Shown here: one piece after another, positions 17,941 to 30,985 of the stretch | Numbering within the stretch: the first letter of the stretch is position 1 | Layout: each line of letters opens with the position of its first letter | Assembly (NCBI GenBank): GCA_964035545.1 | Contig: OZ037769.1 | Location: 6,181,929 to 6,245,928, forward strand | Reading direction: 5' to 3' | From: Bugula neritina | Lineage: Eukaryota; Animalia; Bryozoa | Length of the DNA stretch: 64,000 nucleotides | Notes under the pieces: model-generated | Seen by the model: only the letters and a program-made list of their open reading frames with translations | What the model was told of the DNA's origin: nothing | Databases searched by the model: none | Position numbers and translations under genes: made by a program

Positions 17941-20116
17941 TATATCTATTATCTATTACCTATGCAGTATTAGTATATGATCATCACATTAATGATTGAT
18001 CACTAATCACTATCAGCATCAGTGTCACTGTCAGTCATAATGACATTATTATCATATTATTATTAATATTCATTGATAATTATTACAATTAATATTATGA
18101 ATATGATTTGAGTATCACCATCATTATGATTAATATCATTGTTATTATGATTATCATTATAATTATGATCCTCATACTGATACTGATTATCGTTGTTATT
18201 ATCATTATGATTATCATTTTGGGTTTAATTTCAATTTGATTTTTATTATTATATTATAATTATAGCTAGACTGCTACTGCCACAAGTGTCAGGAGTGAGG
18301 ACTAGGAGTCTCAATTTGAGCTTTACTTTCTGCATTTTTACTTCTTAGCATAACTATAACGGTAACGTAGAGCAACTCAAGGTAAAATAAAAAAAATACT
18401 TTAGTATTTTTTAATTTTTAGAGCACTAGTATTTGCACCAACTTCAAACATTATAGACGTGATGACAACTCCAATATAAATATAGTCGTTACTTGGACAT
18501 TCACATTGTCATGCTTGAATTTTAATATTAATATTAATATAAATACAGCTAATAACCTATGTTATATGATAGACGAGTTTTATTACCCTGAAATGATGCG
18601 CTATTTATAATCAATCACAAACGCTATAAAAAACAAACTACTAGAGATATTTTCAAACCTGACTGGTCATGACCATAGGTAATCCCTCACACAGCATTTC
18701 AAAATGTTAGCTAATGTTCATCCGGGTATTTGCTTAGCTCAGTAAGGTCATGTGACTTCTTTTAGACTTATGCAGCCAATAGGAGTTGGACACCAAAATA
18801 GTACCAGTTTATTAAATATAGCTAATGTTCCTAGATTGTGTCAATGGAGCATAACATAAGCATAGACCACATGCTAAGATTATAGCATGGGAACTACAGG
18901 AGATTTTTTGTGGGCTGGGTTACAGCTTATGAGCTGCATCAAGCTATCAAACCATGCCCCAAACTTGAGCCCTTCAAAACTTAGGTGAAATAATATCACA
19001 GAGGTGCAGAATGGCTATTACAAATTATCGCCCCTTAATATTTTACTCAAATAAAAGTATTTTTAAACTCGCTTACTTATTAGAAAACATTAATTTAACG
19101 CTTTTATTTTCTTACGACAACTTCCGACCAAAAAAGAGTTTGTGCTTAAAATATTTGTTAAGATGACATAATGCTGCAAAGATACACATAAGTTGCATAT
19201 TTAAAAAACGTGGCTGTAGCATGATCAACGTGCATGGTTAAAAAACTAAATTTCTACAATGCTATACTCACTAGAATCTAGATGTTACTAGTATAAAGCT
19301 CATCAAATATCATAACAATATACACACCACGCGCAGCAGAATAAAATAAGACTGCTCAAAACTGAATCAGGCCATGATTTTTTATCAATTACAAGAAAAA
19401 AGTGTTCCCTGTACATTGCTGAACAATTTGAAGCAAATGCATGGACAAAATGCTATAAATAATGTTGAGAGCTTATATTGTAAAGCATGTATTTATAAGT
19501 TGCTCCATATATAATGGCCTATGCCTATAAAAACAACTTGAAGCAGTCTATAATATATCTACATACTTTTCACATCTTTTATGAATTTTTTTAATAATGC
19601 TTACTTGGGTTTTTGATAATATAAAATGCTATCATACAATCATAGCTGCACAATCATCTATAATTTGTGTAACATTGTTTATTATTAATCAAACATCATG
19701 GTTATTTTGTGTGCAGATTTGTTTTTCAATATGCTGTTTTAATATCTTTTGAAATTATGTTGTTTTTTAGAAATGGTGGAATTTTGGTGTATATGCAAGT
19801 GTCATCTTAGAAATCACACCGTGCCCGTTTTGCCAACACAGAGAAATATAGAATATAGGCTATGCATATCTGTCAATAACCTGCCCTCTTATATATTATC
19901 ATAATGCAGTACACCGCAAGGGTAAGCAGTGCATTCATAGCTCCTTATTGATTATCCAGCATAATCAGTCATGCGTGAAATGAATGAACAAGAGAGAAAT
20001 GGAGGGGGATAAATCCTACTTTGGCTATAATCATTTAAAATACATGTATCAAGTGAGAGCATTATTATGCATGACCAGTAGAATTGTATGCAATGATATT
20101 CTTGTGATGAATTACA

Positions 20117-20410
20117 TTATTTTGTAGCTAATAAATACTGTTGTACTAGATTGTCATAGCTAACATCCTGTGGCATCTCTGGTGATACCAAGTCTGTCAA
20201 AGTCTCGCACTGACTTTCTGAAAGTCCCATAATCAGTACATGCTTCTTCAAATCAGCATCTGTCTTGTATATAAGAAAATAACTTTCTAGTCTCAGCATA
20301 TAATGTTCTATCTTCCCACTAAACTGTGTTATGGATCCAGTAGCCATTCTAAGCTCTTGAGCTACCACTATTGTATTATCCTCATAGCCAATTTTATTTG
20401 TAAATCTACA
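20117..20410 (-). mobile_element. Ty3/Gypsy (K02A2.6-like) gag N-terminal remnant with probable LTR end and PBS
   Basis: MATGSITQFSGKIEHYMLRLESYF...KKHVLIMGL...TLTDLVSPEMPQDVSYDNLV resembles Gypsy gag N-termini. Upstream on the minus strand is AATAAA...aataca followed by a tggtagc PBS-like motif. Confidence 0.7.
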
Positions 20411-21375
20411 TCTTATATATGTATGCAGAACATGACATCATACAGTTGTCAATCATTATCTAATCCATGTAGTAATAACAAACAACCCTATTGTATGCAG
20501 TAAACATCCAAAACACCACAAATACCATTGCTAAAAAAAGAATATTGCCTGCATATAACACAAAGCTTGGCATATTGTATTCAAGATAACAAGAGTGTCT
20601 AATAAATACAGCATTCTTATACTTTTTCATGACATCAACTGTCTGATATGTACTACAGCTGGTGATAAAGTGTTTGAATGTTGCCTAAAGCCTTTCCATA
20701 GAATGTGGTATTAAAAATTAATTTCTTTTTTTTTTTTGTTGATCCTAGTGGTGCAGCAAGCTATGGTTTATTTATATTTTATTCCCAATTATTTTTCAAG
20801 CTGATATAATAATGTACTAACTTATAAGCTTTAGCTAGCCTTATTTTTGACTGTAAGTCTGCATAGTTTTCTGGTATAAACTACATACATGATCTGTGTG
20901 TGCTGAAAAATTCTACAAACATAATTGTCCTTATTATTGCTTGTCTAACTTGCCTTAATGTTTGATGATGAACTAATTTGTGAGGTAGTTTGTGGCTTTT
21001 GTATAGGTTGAAGTTTGCTACCTGTAAGATGATAATATTTTCTGCTTCATCCTTTTTACGACACCTTGTAAATACTTTAAATGATCTTTTATTTTAAATA
21101 ATTCAACAGATTCGAACTTTTTTTCCAATTTTATTCATGCCTACTTAGTGTAGCCAGTATTCACACTGAATTTCGCAACATGTGTTCATGTCTGTGATAT
21201 GTAATAAATCAATTAATCAATCTGCTAGTGCAAACATGCGGATTGTGTAAAGTATAACTTCAGCTCTTTGCCTCCCTTCACATGGCATATTTTTTGTTTC
21301 CTTATTTTATTCATCCTAGCTCGATCTTGTTGTTCTTGTGTCTTGATGCGTGACTTCTTTTGCTAGGGTTTAAAA

Positions 21376-21674
21376 CAAGGGTGTCCAACCTTTTCAGATT
21401 GAGGGCCGTACTGAAAGAAAATATTCTAGTGGCGAGGGCCACACTGTAAACTATGGCTTGCTGCTGGGTGCCACAGCATCAGTTTTTTCAAGTGACTTTA
21501 TTTCAAATTCTCTTGACTCATTAGTCATTACACAATGACGTCCCAATAGTTACTGCAGGCTGCATTTTTTGCATGTGTATAAATAAGACATTTAAAAGGC
21601 GGTTTTTCACTCTAATTCATAGTGAAAAACAGTTTTAGTTTTATGCCTTTAAGGGCCACATAAATGTAGCTCTG
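21376..21674. mobile_element. hAT MITE, copy 2 (inverted relative to 3353-3692), one TIR internally deleted
   Basis: Begins caagggtgtccaaccttttcag and aligns along its length to the reverse complement of 3400-3692. Perfect 8-bp TSD gtttaaaa at 21368-21375 and 21675-21682. Confidence 0.9.
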
Positions 21675-22247
21675 GTTTAAAACTCTTTTCCTCAAAGACC
21701 TTCTGCCAAGTACAGCCTACTCACATTATCACTAAACTACCATTGCAAGTATATACTACTTTCTCATCTAGCCCAGGTAGCTGCTATGTGCTATTATTAT
21801 ATTATAATTTCATAACATTTTAGTTTTTTAAATATAATAGATACTATGATTAATTTAAATTATACATTTTATCTATAATTGAAATATAGACTTACATAAT
21901 GAGCTGAAAACCATTCTCTATGACGTTAAATAAAATATAAAATTCAAAGAATAATGAACATAAAATCCTAATAATAAGCTACAGTATTTATGTAGCGCTA
22001 TGTTATCAGAATGTGTTGTGTAACTATAATATATTACATCGATATAATATATATATATATCCCCTTCCCAAAATAATCGTAGAAAGTTATGATAATTTAT
22101 AAAATATTTTATAGAAAAGCACTAGAAATATCATAGAATGTATTTCATAGGCTGCACAAAACTAATTGTAATAAACAAGAATAAGTTATAAAAATTATAT
22201 ATACAGAACCTAACTACCTTTTTATCAGTTTTTTAATCTTAAAATTG

Positions 22248-25200
22248 TTACCCTTCTTCCGTCATTAAAATAGAACCAAAAGCTGCATTGATTTCTGTTT
22301 TGCTGACAGAAACTTTCAAGTTTTTATACACTTGTTCAACAGCAGACAGCGTGAATGGCTGCCGTATAAATACGCTGCCGGTACAGATGATCTCCGAGAT
22401 GGAGCTATCAAGCAAACACGCTGCAGAACACATGTCATGTATGTTACGTATCAGACCCACACACAGCTGCTGGTAAACGCTCGGCAGCGACATGTTATGA
22501 CTCAATATATTGGTCACACTAGCACCAGTTTCAGGTGCAGAAGTTGTCCTCTCCTTGAGTAAATGAGGGTTGATGATAACTGGGTTGTTTGTATCTGCAG
22601 ATTCGTGTACAGTCATGGATGATAACTTCGACCAAATAGTATCTTCGCTAACTTCCACATCTAAAAGATAGAATGGAAGATAATGGATGGCAAGAAAACT
22701 TGAGTAAATGTCGGGTGGGAAACTATGAATTGTTATATAAGCAGCTTCCAGTTGGGGGTGACTGAGTGCAATAGTTTGGGATTCTCAGTTTGAAGTTGAG
22801 GGTTCTAAACTCCCAACTCCAGACTCGAGAATCTCAAACTACTGCACTCATTCACCCCCCCAACTTAGAGCTTCTTATAGAACGATTCAGTAACTACACT
22901 AACTACTGACTGTCTTTTAATTTACTTGTAAAACCAGAATTCCATAAAGAAATCCCAAACTTCTTCTCTAGTCATACTTTGTTATAAGCAAACTTATTAG
23001 TCACCTACCCAGCTCTTGAAGCCAAGACTTCAACATGCGAGTGAAAGAAGCTAAAGCATTTCCACCGTTCATGCTAGCCACCACACAAAGCGGTTTTGTA
23101 GCTTTATATGGCCAGCTCTGTATATGAGTTGATTCCATGAAGCTCTTTGAAGATGGAAGGAAAGAAAGCTGGCAGGATGTTCCAATATTTAAAACTAAAA
23201 AAGACGTATAAATAATTTTAAATTTATAAAAATTCAGTTTTTGTGAAATGGAAATTACACATCTGTGAAAAAGACTGTTTGCCAATGAATTATGTTCTGA
23301 TAAAGTACACTGTGAAATTTAGGATGCCATAATACTTGGTTAGGGAGCTAAAAGTATATAATATAATGTAGCATATTATGTAATTTGAAGACTTAATATA
23401 AACATCAACTATTCGTAATATTGAAAAACAAGGTGTATGAAAGTCATGCAAGATCTCTAAGCTGAATTACCACATGTATTATATTATATAGATGCTGCAT
23501 ACATGGAAAGCCCATATTAATTTATTAAAACAAACGATTTTAATGCTATTTAACAGACTGCTCTTCATATTCTGTAATAAAACTCAAAACATGGCTGTGT
23601 AGTGTTTAATGGTACGATTGATAGAATTTAAACTTAGCTGAATGTCAATCAATAAATCAATCAATGAATTAATTAATAAATCCTTGACCTCAACAGTTGG
23701 AAGGAACAATTCTATAAAGAGTTTCATCTCACACCTGCCTGGTGACTGTCAAACTGAGTGGATAAGACAGAGCACTGAGAGTCACCGGCCGCAACATACA
23801 CAGGTATGTCATCAGGTAACCCCAAGACACTGCCAACTGTGCGCCCAACTTCTGTACCCACAGATACTAATTTAGGTAACAAAGATGTCGGAAAACCCGC
23901 TTCTTCTAGTCTAGAAGTAAACATGGAAGACAAGTATACAACTGAGATCCTGCAAGAACGTTTTTAGCAACACCCAGAAGATATGGTGAATTTTATTTAC
24001 AATTATACCTACATGTTTTACCTGTATTTATACCTATAAGGCTTACCTGAATTTTGCATTACAGTAACTATAACTTTAGAATGTCACAATTTATATGTTT
24101 ATATAATTATACCTAGCCTTATAGCTCAGGCAAATCAGTAATTTCAGTACTGCTTAGCCCAGCACACTACATACATGCACATTAGACTATAAATATAAAC
24201 TTGAGATAAGGGAACAGCAGTGGTCTAGAGGTTAGAGCCCGGACAGAAGCCATTGGTAATCTTAGGAAGAGCATCCAGTCATAATTGCTCCTGTGCCCCA
24301 TCTGAATAAGTTCTTAACCCGATTTAACAAAAAACCCTTTACATCAGGGGTTTTCTCACAGGGATGGCGACTATAAACTTACGTGAGCTTTTATATAAAC
24401 TTGAAATGGTACTAGTGGTAAGACAACTCTACAGTATACATAACCACTTACATATCTGTCTGCCAGCTCCAGCTAGAAATATCAAAGTAACCCCAGCTAG
24501 CAGCATTCTGATGACTCATCACAACCTCTGGTAGGTCACACATCATACAGACTATGAAATCAGAGATGGTACCAGCAAAGTCAAACTGTGAAAAATATCC
24601 CGGCCGATTTTTCTGTAACCATAAGATGGAGGCACAACCATAACCTGCCACATAAAATACAAAGTTTCCAACTTAAATCTCTAAAAATAGGCAATTGACT
24701 GTTAAGAGAAAAATTTATTTCGAATTGCCTCAGCTAGAATTTTTAAAGCAACATCTTTATTTTAATGGAACTTGTGTACTTCCTATTATTTCAGTTAGTT
24801 TTCAAAGGCTCTCCTTCAACAATAGGTTTATATAATAATGAATAGCATGCTGTTTGCTATGCCCAATGGTTCTTTGTACCAAATCAACCAAACATCACAA
24901 ATGTAACTGAAGTGCATAGGCATTACATAATTCAAAGAACTAAGAGGAAAATTATAATATTATTCTAGTTTTCAGCACAGTAAACTGATTGCACCTTTAG
25001 AACCACTAGAATGCACAGCATGAAATATGAGACTACCTGCAGATATAGGACCAGCAGATGCAGGTAAACTGCTTAGAAAGTTGGCAGAGCACCTTTGATC
25101 TTGCCATGTTATGAGGTTGGACACTGTACCATTCAACTCATACTCTCCATCTACTGTCCTCAGTATTTCTGTTCCTGCCAGAGAGATGCTCATTGTATAG

Positions 25201-28200
25201 TGTGATATAATATTATATTGAAATGAGAACAAGTTCTTAAATTTTATTGTTTTTATTTTATTAGCTTTAGATACTGAGATGTGAAAAGGTGCAACTGTAC
25301 AAGTAAAATATCACTGATACTGGTAAAGATCTTTATGTAAATTAATTAATCAGCTGTCACGGACAACACAGGTTTATTGCAGTATGGTAGAGTAAATGTA
25401 GAGAAATGTAGTTAATCCCAAGACTAATCAAAGTGATATCTACCAGTAAATACCAGTAAATACTGGAAGTAGCCATTAAGTAACAAATTACATTTTCCCC
25501 CCATCAGCTGCAATCACACACATGCTGTAGCAAAAATATATTTGTGGCTTTTATAAGTAAGTTATCATAAGCTTAGACTATTATAAATGATTCTAAGTGT
25601 AGACAAAATGGAAACAAAGTCATGCTGAATAAAAAAGTTATTATTTTACATATTGCTTATAATATAATTGAGTATTTGTTAAAAATATAATTATAGTAAA
25701 GCCAGCAGAAAGGTAGATGATAATAAGATAATTTTGAATGAAATGGCATAAACCTGAGGTGAAACAACCATAAAAGGTGAAACAAACATAAAAATACACC
25801 CAGAACTTGCATATGCATAGTTTATAAAAATAGTTTGAACAGGTATTCATTTACTTGAATGACTTTAAAATTTCGCCAGCAGCTTCAATAGTTTTGTCAT
25901 CTTTAAAGAAACAAAACCTAATATAGTTTTCAGCCAGATGTTTATGCTCAGGGCCATAGAACGCGCTGCACGGTATGGTGGCTAATTTCTTTTCCTTTGT
26001 TAACCATTTAACAATCTTAAAGTCTTTTGGTTCATCTGAACCGTCTTCAATCTGATCATCAGTGATACCCAGTTTTGTCCAGTCAGCCAACATGAAATAG
26101 CCGCCCTCCGGTATTATAGGTACTAATCCGGCCTCCTTCAACATGGTTGCCATTCTGTTTTTCTTGGGCAGCAACTCCACGTTAGGCAGAGTGTACATGT
26201 AGGACTGCTCCTTGTTCGTTTCTAGTCTATTGATCTCTAACTCAAAACCATCAGCCACGGCTTCCTGCAATGGTGTGCAGCATGTGTAGACACAGTTCTG
26301 GTGCACAGCCATCAGACTCTTGAGAAGATGGGGAGGACCAACAGACCAGCCCAACTTCCAACCTGTAGCGCTAAACATCTTTCCAGCAGAACTAACTGTT
26401 ATTGTTCGATCCCACATTCCAGGTAGAGAGGCAATGCGAATATGCTCCACACCTGGATATGTCATCCATTCATAAACCTCATCGGCTACACACGCCACAT
26501 CATGCTTTATACAAAGATCAGCAATCAGTTCCAGCTCAGGTCTGGTGAAAACCTTGCCTAGTGGGTTATTAGGTGTATTCAATATGATGAGCTTTGTCTT
26601 GCTGGTAAACTTTGAGGAAAGCTCTTCTGGATCCAGTTTCCAATCTGCACTCGAGTTTTCACCAGAGCTAGATGGAGATGGTCGTAATGGTATGAATACC
26701 GGTTTGCCTCCAGCTATCTTGGTCATGGGTTCATAACAGTCAAAGAAAGGTTCAATGATGATCACTTCATCACCAGGGTTCACTAATCCTTGAAAGATAC
26801 AGAATAAACTTTCATAGGCTCCAGCAGACACCATGACTTCAGTCATTGGATCAATATCTCGGCTATGGAGTTTTCCATACAACTTAGCAATGTTACTTAC
26901 TAGCCTTGGGTGTCCAAATCCTCTGGTGTACTGATTCAGCATGAAATTGCCTGATTCTCCAATCTTGGTGAGTGCATTACACACATAGTCAGGCGGAGGG
27001 TAGTTTGGAAAACCTTGGCCCAAGTTAACAGCACCAGTTGTTCTAGCAAGTTCTGTAAATGTTACCCATACACTTTTGTCATTTCCTTGTAATCTATCAG
27101 CCATGGTGAGCTTGCTGGAAGCCATTGTTCTTGTTAACCGCTTACTATATGCCAAATTAATTCTACTTGTCGAACAGATAGCTGTTGATGCTAACGTAGA
27201 TATCCTACTCAATGCAATCATCACTAACCGCAAAGATAGCAAATCACGTGTTCAAGCTCCGGCTCATGTGCCACAGTTTCACCAACAGTGTCAATTAATA
27301 GCACACCGGTATTTATTCTAAAGTTAACTTTATTATCAAACGTGTCCACAGCCTATACTTTTGGTGTAGTTTCGCTACACCTTGTACCATAGGTGCTAGT
27401 AAACAGTTTCTAGTAGTTTTGATGATGGGCGGGGCCTAAAGCACTGCGCTAGCGATAACAACTGTGATTGGATAAAATTAGTCTCACTACAAAATCGAAT
27501 CTACTCAACTGCACAACAAAATCTAAACAAATCTACCAACTGCACATGTTACAAGTCCAACTGCCATCATCAAGTCTAAAATACTATAACGATTAATGCG
27601 TAGCATGCCTGATTAGAGAATGCACAGAGATCTGATAGTCATGTTGCAAGTAAATTGTATGATGGTTATATTCATTAAATTTTATCATAACTATGATTTA
27701 TGTGTAATGATATTAGTATTAGCATATTACTAACACTAAATTACAAAGTTACTATGCAGTATTTGCTGTTAGCAAAACACTTGGTGTAAGAGGTGATTGA
27801 CACTAAGTACTTATATGCCTTGAGTAATACTGGTGTATCATATTAAAATTCACCATAAGTATGAAATATGAACAAACAAATTTTAATATGAATTATTGTA
27901 GCTGGAGGATCCAGTATAAAATTGAATTTTAATAATTTACATAAAATATTTGTCGTAAGCGTCATATATATTAATAATAAACAAGTAAACTGTACATGAT
28001 GTGATCTATTCTAATGACTAATGGCATGCTTGTAGCCATAAAACTAAGTATCAGTAAAAAGTTTCAACTTTTTTAAGCAACTAATGAAACACAGCTGTAG
28101 AATTTAATGTTTCCCTTATGCCAGTAGCATAGATGAGTGGTTTGCATCTAATCAATTACATTGCTGTGACTTGTGAGCATAAATGTTTTCAAATGTTTAA

Positions 28201-29164
28201 CAAATATTGAGATAGAGAGAAGTACAGAAGACTTTTTATAAAATGAAGATGGCAATTCTACAGCAATAGTATAGGTATGAAGATGTTGGAGATGAGTGAT
28301 CGGATAGAAATGAAAATAGTTACTGTCGTTGTATAGACAGACTGCTATGATGACCAGTATATAAACTGTGCAACTAAAAATATGCATATTGCAGATTGTT
28401 GCATGAAATAGTCAAAGTCCCAGTGCTAGAAACATGTTAGTGCAGGTATGCATCACCTCTCACATAAAACTATTAATAAACTGATGAAGCTGACAATAAA
28501 TTTATAATATAATTCAATAGCGAAGTGGTTTAATATCTCTGTACTCATGCTATTTTAGAGGAATACATTTCTACCTCTAAGTTAGATTGAATTTTAGTGA
28601 ACTTTTGTTATTTTCATTCACTCAAGTTTAGCTTTATCACCCTAAACTGTATAATATACATGTATATTGGCAGGTTTTACAGCAAAATCATCAAAATTGT
28701 GTTAAAATTATATATATTATGCAGCTTTATTAATAATACTCCACAAAATATAATAATTTTTTACAGTATGAAAGTTAAAACTGACCTTTGCACCATAAAA
28801 TGACTCCATGCATTTGACCACAGATCGATATTTTTTGAAGACTATCTTTCAGCTGGTTTGAGTAATTAGCCATGGCTTTGTCTATGCATAAGGCGAGGGC
28901 AGAAATGATAGACTGTGGGCATTGTTCACTTCCTGCGCCAAAATTTTCTGATGTGAAACTATCTTCAGAACTTTTAGGTTGTTGGTATTTTTGTTCAGCA
29001 TTAAAATCTATAAATATGGAGTTTTTCAAAGTCTCATCTCTCTGTGCACCTGCACTGTTACTGCTTCCATCACATTGATTCAAATTTTTTATACCAGCGA
29101 CTACTAGCTTAGTAGAAGTTGTTCCAATGTCAACTCCAAGTGATGCGTTTTTAATACCAATCAT
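22248..29164 (-). CDS. SHPK: Sedoheptulokinase (FGGY carbohydrate kinase family), 6 exons, ~494 aa
   Basis: Exons 29164-28786, 25174-25037, 24644-24452, 23910-23735, 23194-23009 and 22660-22248 are in frame (1485 nt). Motifs: LGVDIGTTSTK, CGQMHGVILW, LITWQDQRC, GYGCASILWL, SHQNAASWGYFD, GDSQCS, LNIGTSCQL, ASMNGGNALA. Confidence 0.9.
22727..22888. mobile_element. Foldback/palindromic element (~80-bp imperfect arms) in the last SHPK intron
   Basis: Left arm gaattgttatataagcagc...gttgggggtgactgagtgcaatagtttgggattctc is the reverse complement of right arm gagaatctcaaactactgcactcattcacccccccaac...ttcttatagaacgattc. Confidence 0.8.
24205..24392 (+). mobile_element. tRNA-derived SINE, copy 2 (head partly deleted), in a SHPK intron
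   Basis: Shares agccattggt...aggaagagcatccagtcata.ttgctcct and atcaggggtt with the 8226 copy. 12-bp TSD atataaacttga at 24193-24204 and 24393-24404. Confidence 0.85.
25851..27221 (-). CDS. KYAT3: Kynurenine-oxoglutarate transaminase / cysteine conjugate beta-lyase (KYAT1/KYAT3 family), single exon, nested in SHPK intron 1
   Basis: Uninterrupted ORF with AVNLGQGFP, NQYTRGFGHPRL, EPFFDCY, LNTPNNPLGKV, DEVYEW, SAGKMFSATGWKLGW (PLP lysine), PEGGYF and RFCFFK. First ATG is at 27221, giving an Arg/Ser-rich presequence; a second ATG is at 27125. KYAT1 versus KYAT3 cannot be resolved by eye. Confidence 0.93.
   Translation of the reverse strand: MIALSRISTLASTAICSTSRINLAYSKRLTRTMASSKLTMADRLQGNDKSVWVTFTELARTTGAVNLGQGFPNYPPPDYVCNALTKIGESGNFMLNQYTRGFGHPRLVSNIAKLYGKLHSRDIDPMTEVMVSAGAYESLFCIFQGLVNPGDEVIIIEPFFDCYEPMTKIAGGKPVFIPLRPSPSSSGENSSADWKLDPEELSSKFTSKTKLIILNTPNNPLGKVFTRPELELIADLCIKHDVACVADEVYEWMTYPGVEHIRIASLPGMWDRTITVSSAGKMFSATGWKLGWSVGPPHLLKSLMAVHQNCVYTCCTPLQEAVADGFELEINRLETNKEQSYMYTLPNVELLPKKNRMATMLKEAGLVPIIPEGGYFMLADWTKLGITDDQIEDGSDEPKDFKIVKWLTKEKKLATIPCSAFYGPEHKHLAENYIRFCFFKDDKTIEAAGEILKSFK
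27245..27471 (-). promoter_or_regulatory. Putative own promoter of the nested KYAT gene
   Basis: GC box gggcggggc at 27427-27435, CCAAT on the minus strand at 27467-27471, and E-box cacgtg at 27245-27250, all within 250 bp of the ATG in otherwise AT-rich DNA. Confidence 0.5.
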
Positions 29165-30149
29165 CTTGATAGTTGCACTGTATTCAGCTGCTATCTAAAA
29201 TATAAAAATAATAAACTTTATTGTTTCATAAGCTACACGAAAATAAAAACAAATACTAGAGATTAAAGTCAAAAAACACCAATACTTAAACAATGTTATA
29301 TTTTTTTAAAACAAAAAAATTGATTGTGTGTCACTAGACTTTACAAAAACAATAACACAACTAAAATTTTAAATGTGTTGACCTCCAAAATTTTACAAAG
29401 CCATAAAGAAATTAAAAAATTTCCTAGATCATATTTTAGAGCATTTTTGATCAAATTTGTAGTTGTCGATTTTTTGCAAAACCAATGAGAAGCCTAGAAT
29501 TATTATAGCTTTTGCTAGTTAAATGCATAACATGGTATATATTATACATATTATAGGCATTAGGGTCAATGTATCGAGTATGTGACATTGAAATAACAAA
29601 TGGATAGTAATTATAGTAAGTATTTTGGAATGGTATTTCTGCAGATGTGAATAACATGAATTAGTTTATATATTTTCATTGAGTTGCCAAAATTCAGGAT
29701 AAAAAGCATAATATGTTTTTATGAAACCTTGCACGAGGAAAATATAGTAAATAACTTTGCTACATAACCAATGTAACAGATCTGCATAATGCAAACAAAC
29801 ATTGCTGACGTACTGCTATAGCCTCAAAATTTGAAAAAATCTTTAGCTCAAGACTTTAAAACCATATGAGTATCATTCTGGTACTACATCTAGTTGCCAT
29901 CAAGAATGAACCAAATGCAAAGAGCAACTACACCACAACTCATTAAACTACAACTTTTTGCAGAAATTTTTAGCAAAATACATGTTCAAACAGCAACTTA
30001 ACTTTAATCTGCTTAGCTTTGCTACAAAACATTAACATATGCATATTATAACTATAAAACTATATTTTTGAATTTATGATTACGGTCGTAATAATTATTT
30101 TACTCATTAATCATTGTAATAACGTAATTCTTAACTACTAGTATGCAGA

Positions 30150-30985
30150 AGTGTTCCAGAAGGACATCAACGCTGTCTATGAGTGGTATATATAAAGCAG
30201 AAAAAGCCCTTCAATGAAAAGAAATGCCAGGCAATTAACTTTGGTAAAGCAACCCCTATACCACATTCCAAACTCAGTACCACATGCCTTTTGTGGGCAG
30301 AAACACCAAATACCTTGTGGTAACAATCCAGTCAGACCTAAGATTTTACCAGCACATAGATAAGAAGTGTATCAAATCCCTGAAAGTCCTTAGAGAAATC
30401 AAGCACTTGATGTATGATGGCCCAAAGGAGGCTAAGCTACTGGCTTACACAAGTTTATGCAGATCTACACTTGATTACGCAGATATGGTTTGGGATCCTG
30501 CGACTAGAAGCAAGGGGCGTGATATAAAGCTGGTCCAAAACAGCGCCATACAGTTCAGATGCAATGTAACTAAGGCTAGGAATGAGATAGGACTCTGGTC
30601 GCTGGAAGACAAAGGAAAAAATCATCGACTGTGTTTACTGGCTCAAATTCTTTAGAGTGAGGAGCAGCACCGAACTCTATTCAGAGCCTATGATGAGATT
30701 ATTCAGCTTGTAACTGTAGCTACTTGGACAGCTTCCAGAAGAGAGCTTATCTCGATGTCAGCTAAAAAAGCATGTTTCACACAGACAATTCGTGAGATGC
30801 ACGGAACATATAACAAACAATTACACAGCAAATACTGTAGCAAGTGTTAATCCTGGCTCAACATAAGTTTTCACTAGATCTAGAAGCTTTCCTATAGACA
30901 TTTCAGTTGCTGCGGAAGTCCTACCTCAACTGAGGTAATAAACTGAGATAATTGAATGCAAACAGAATCAAGAGGCAAGATCAAA
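30150..30985 (+). mobile_element. Degenerate 5'-truncated LINE 3' fragment (CR1/L2 group)
   Basis: TKYLVVTIQSDL, AKLLAYTSLCRSTLDYADMVWDP and VQNSAI motifs, plus a 3' hairpin acctcaactgaggt and an atcaag-like tail. Related to the copies at 16770 and 58775. Confidence 0.85.

Noticed and set aside
25851-27242. Bacterial horizontal transfer as the origin of the intronless aminotransferase
   Set aside because: Motifs and the presequence fit animal KYAT1/3; retroposition is the simpler explanation. The TTG start at 27242 in the ORF track was not used.
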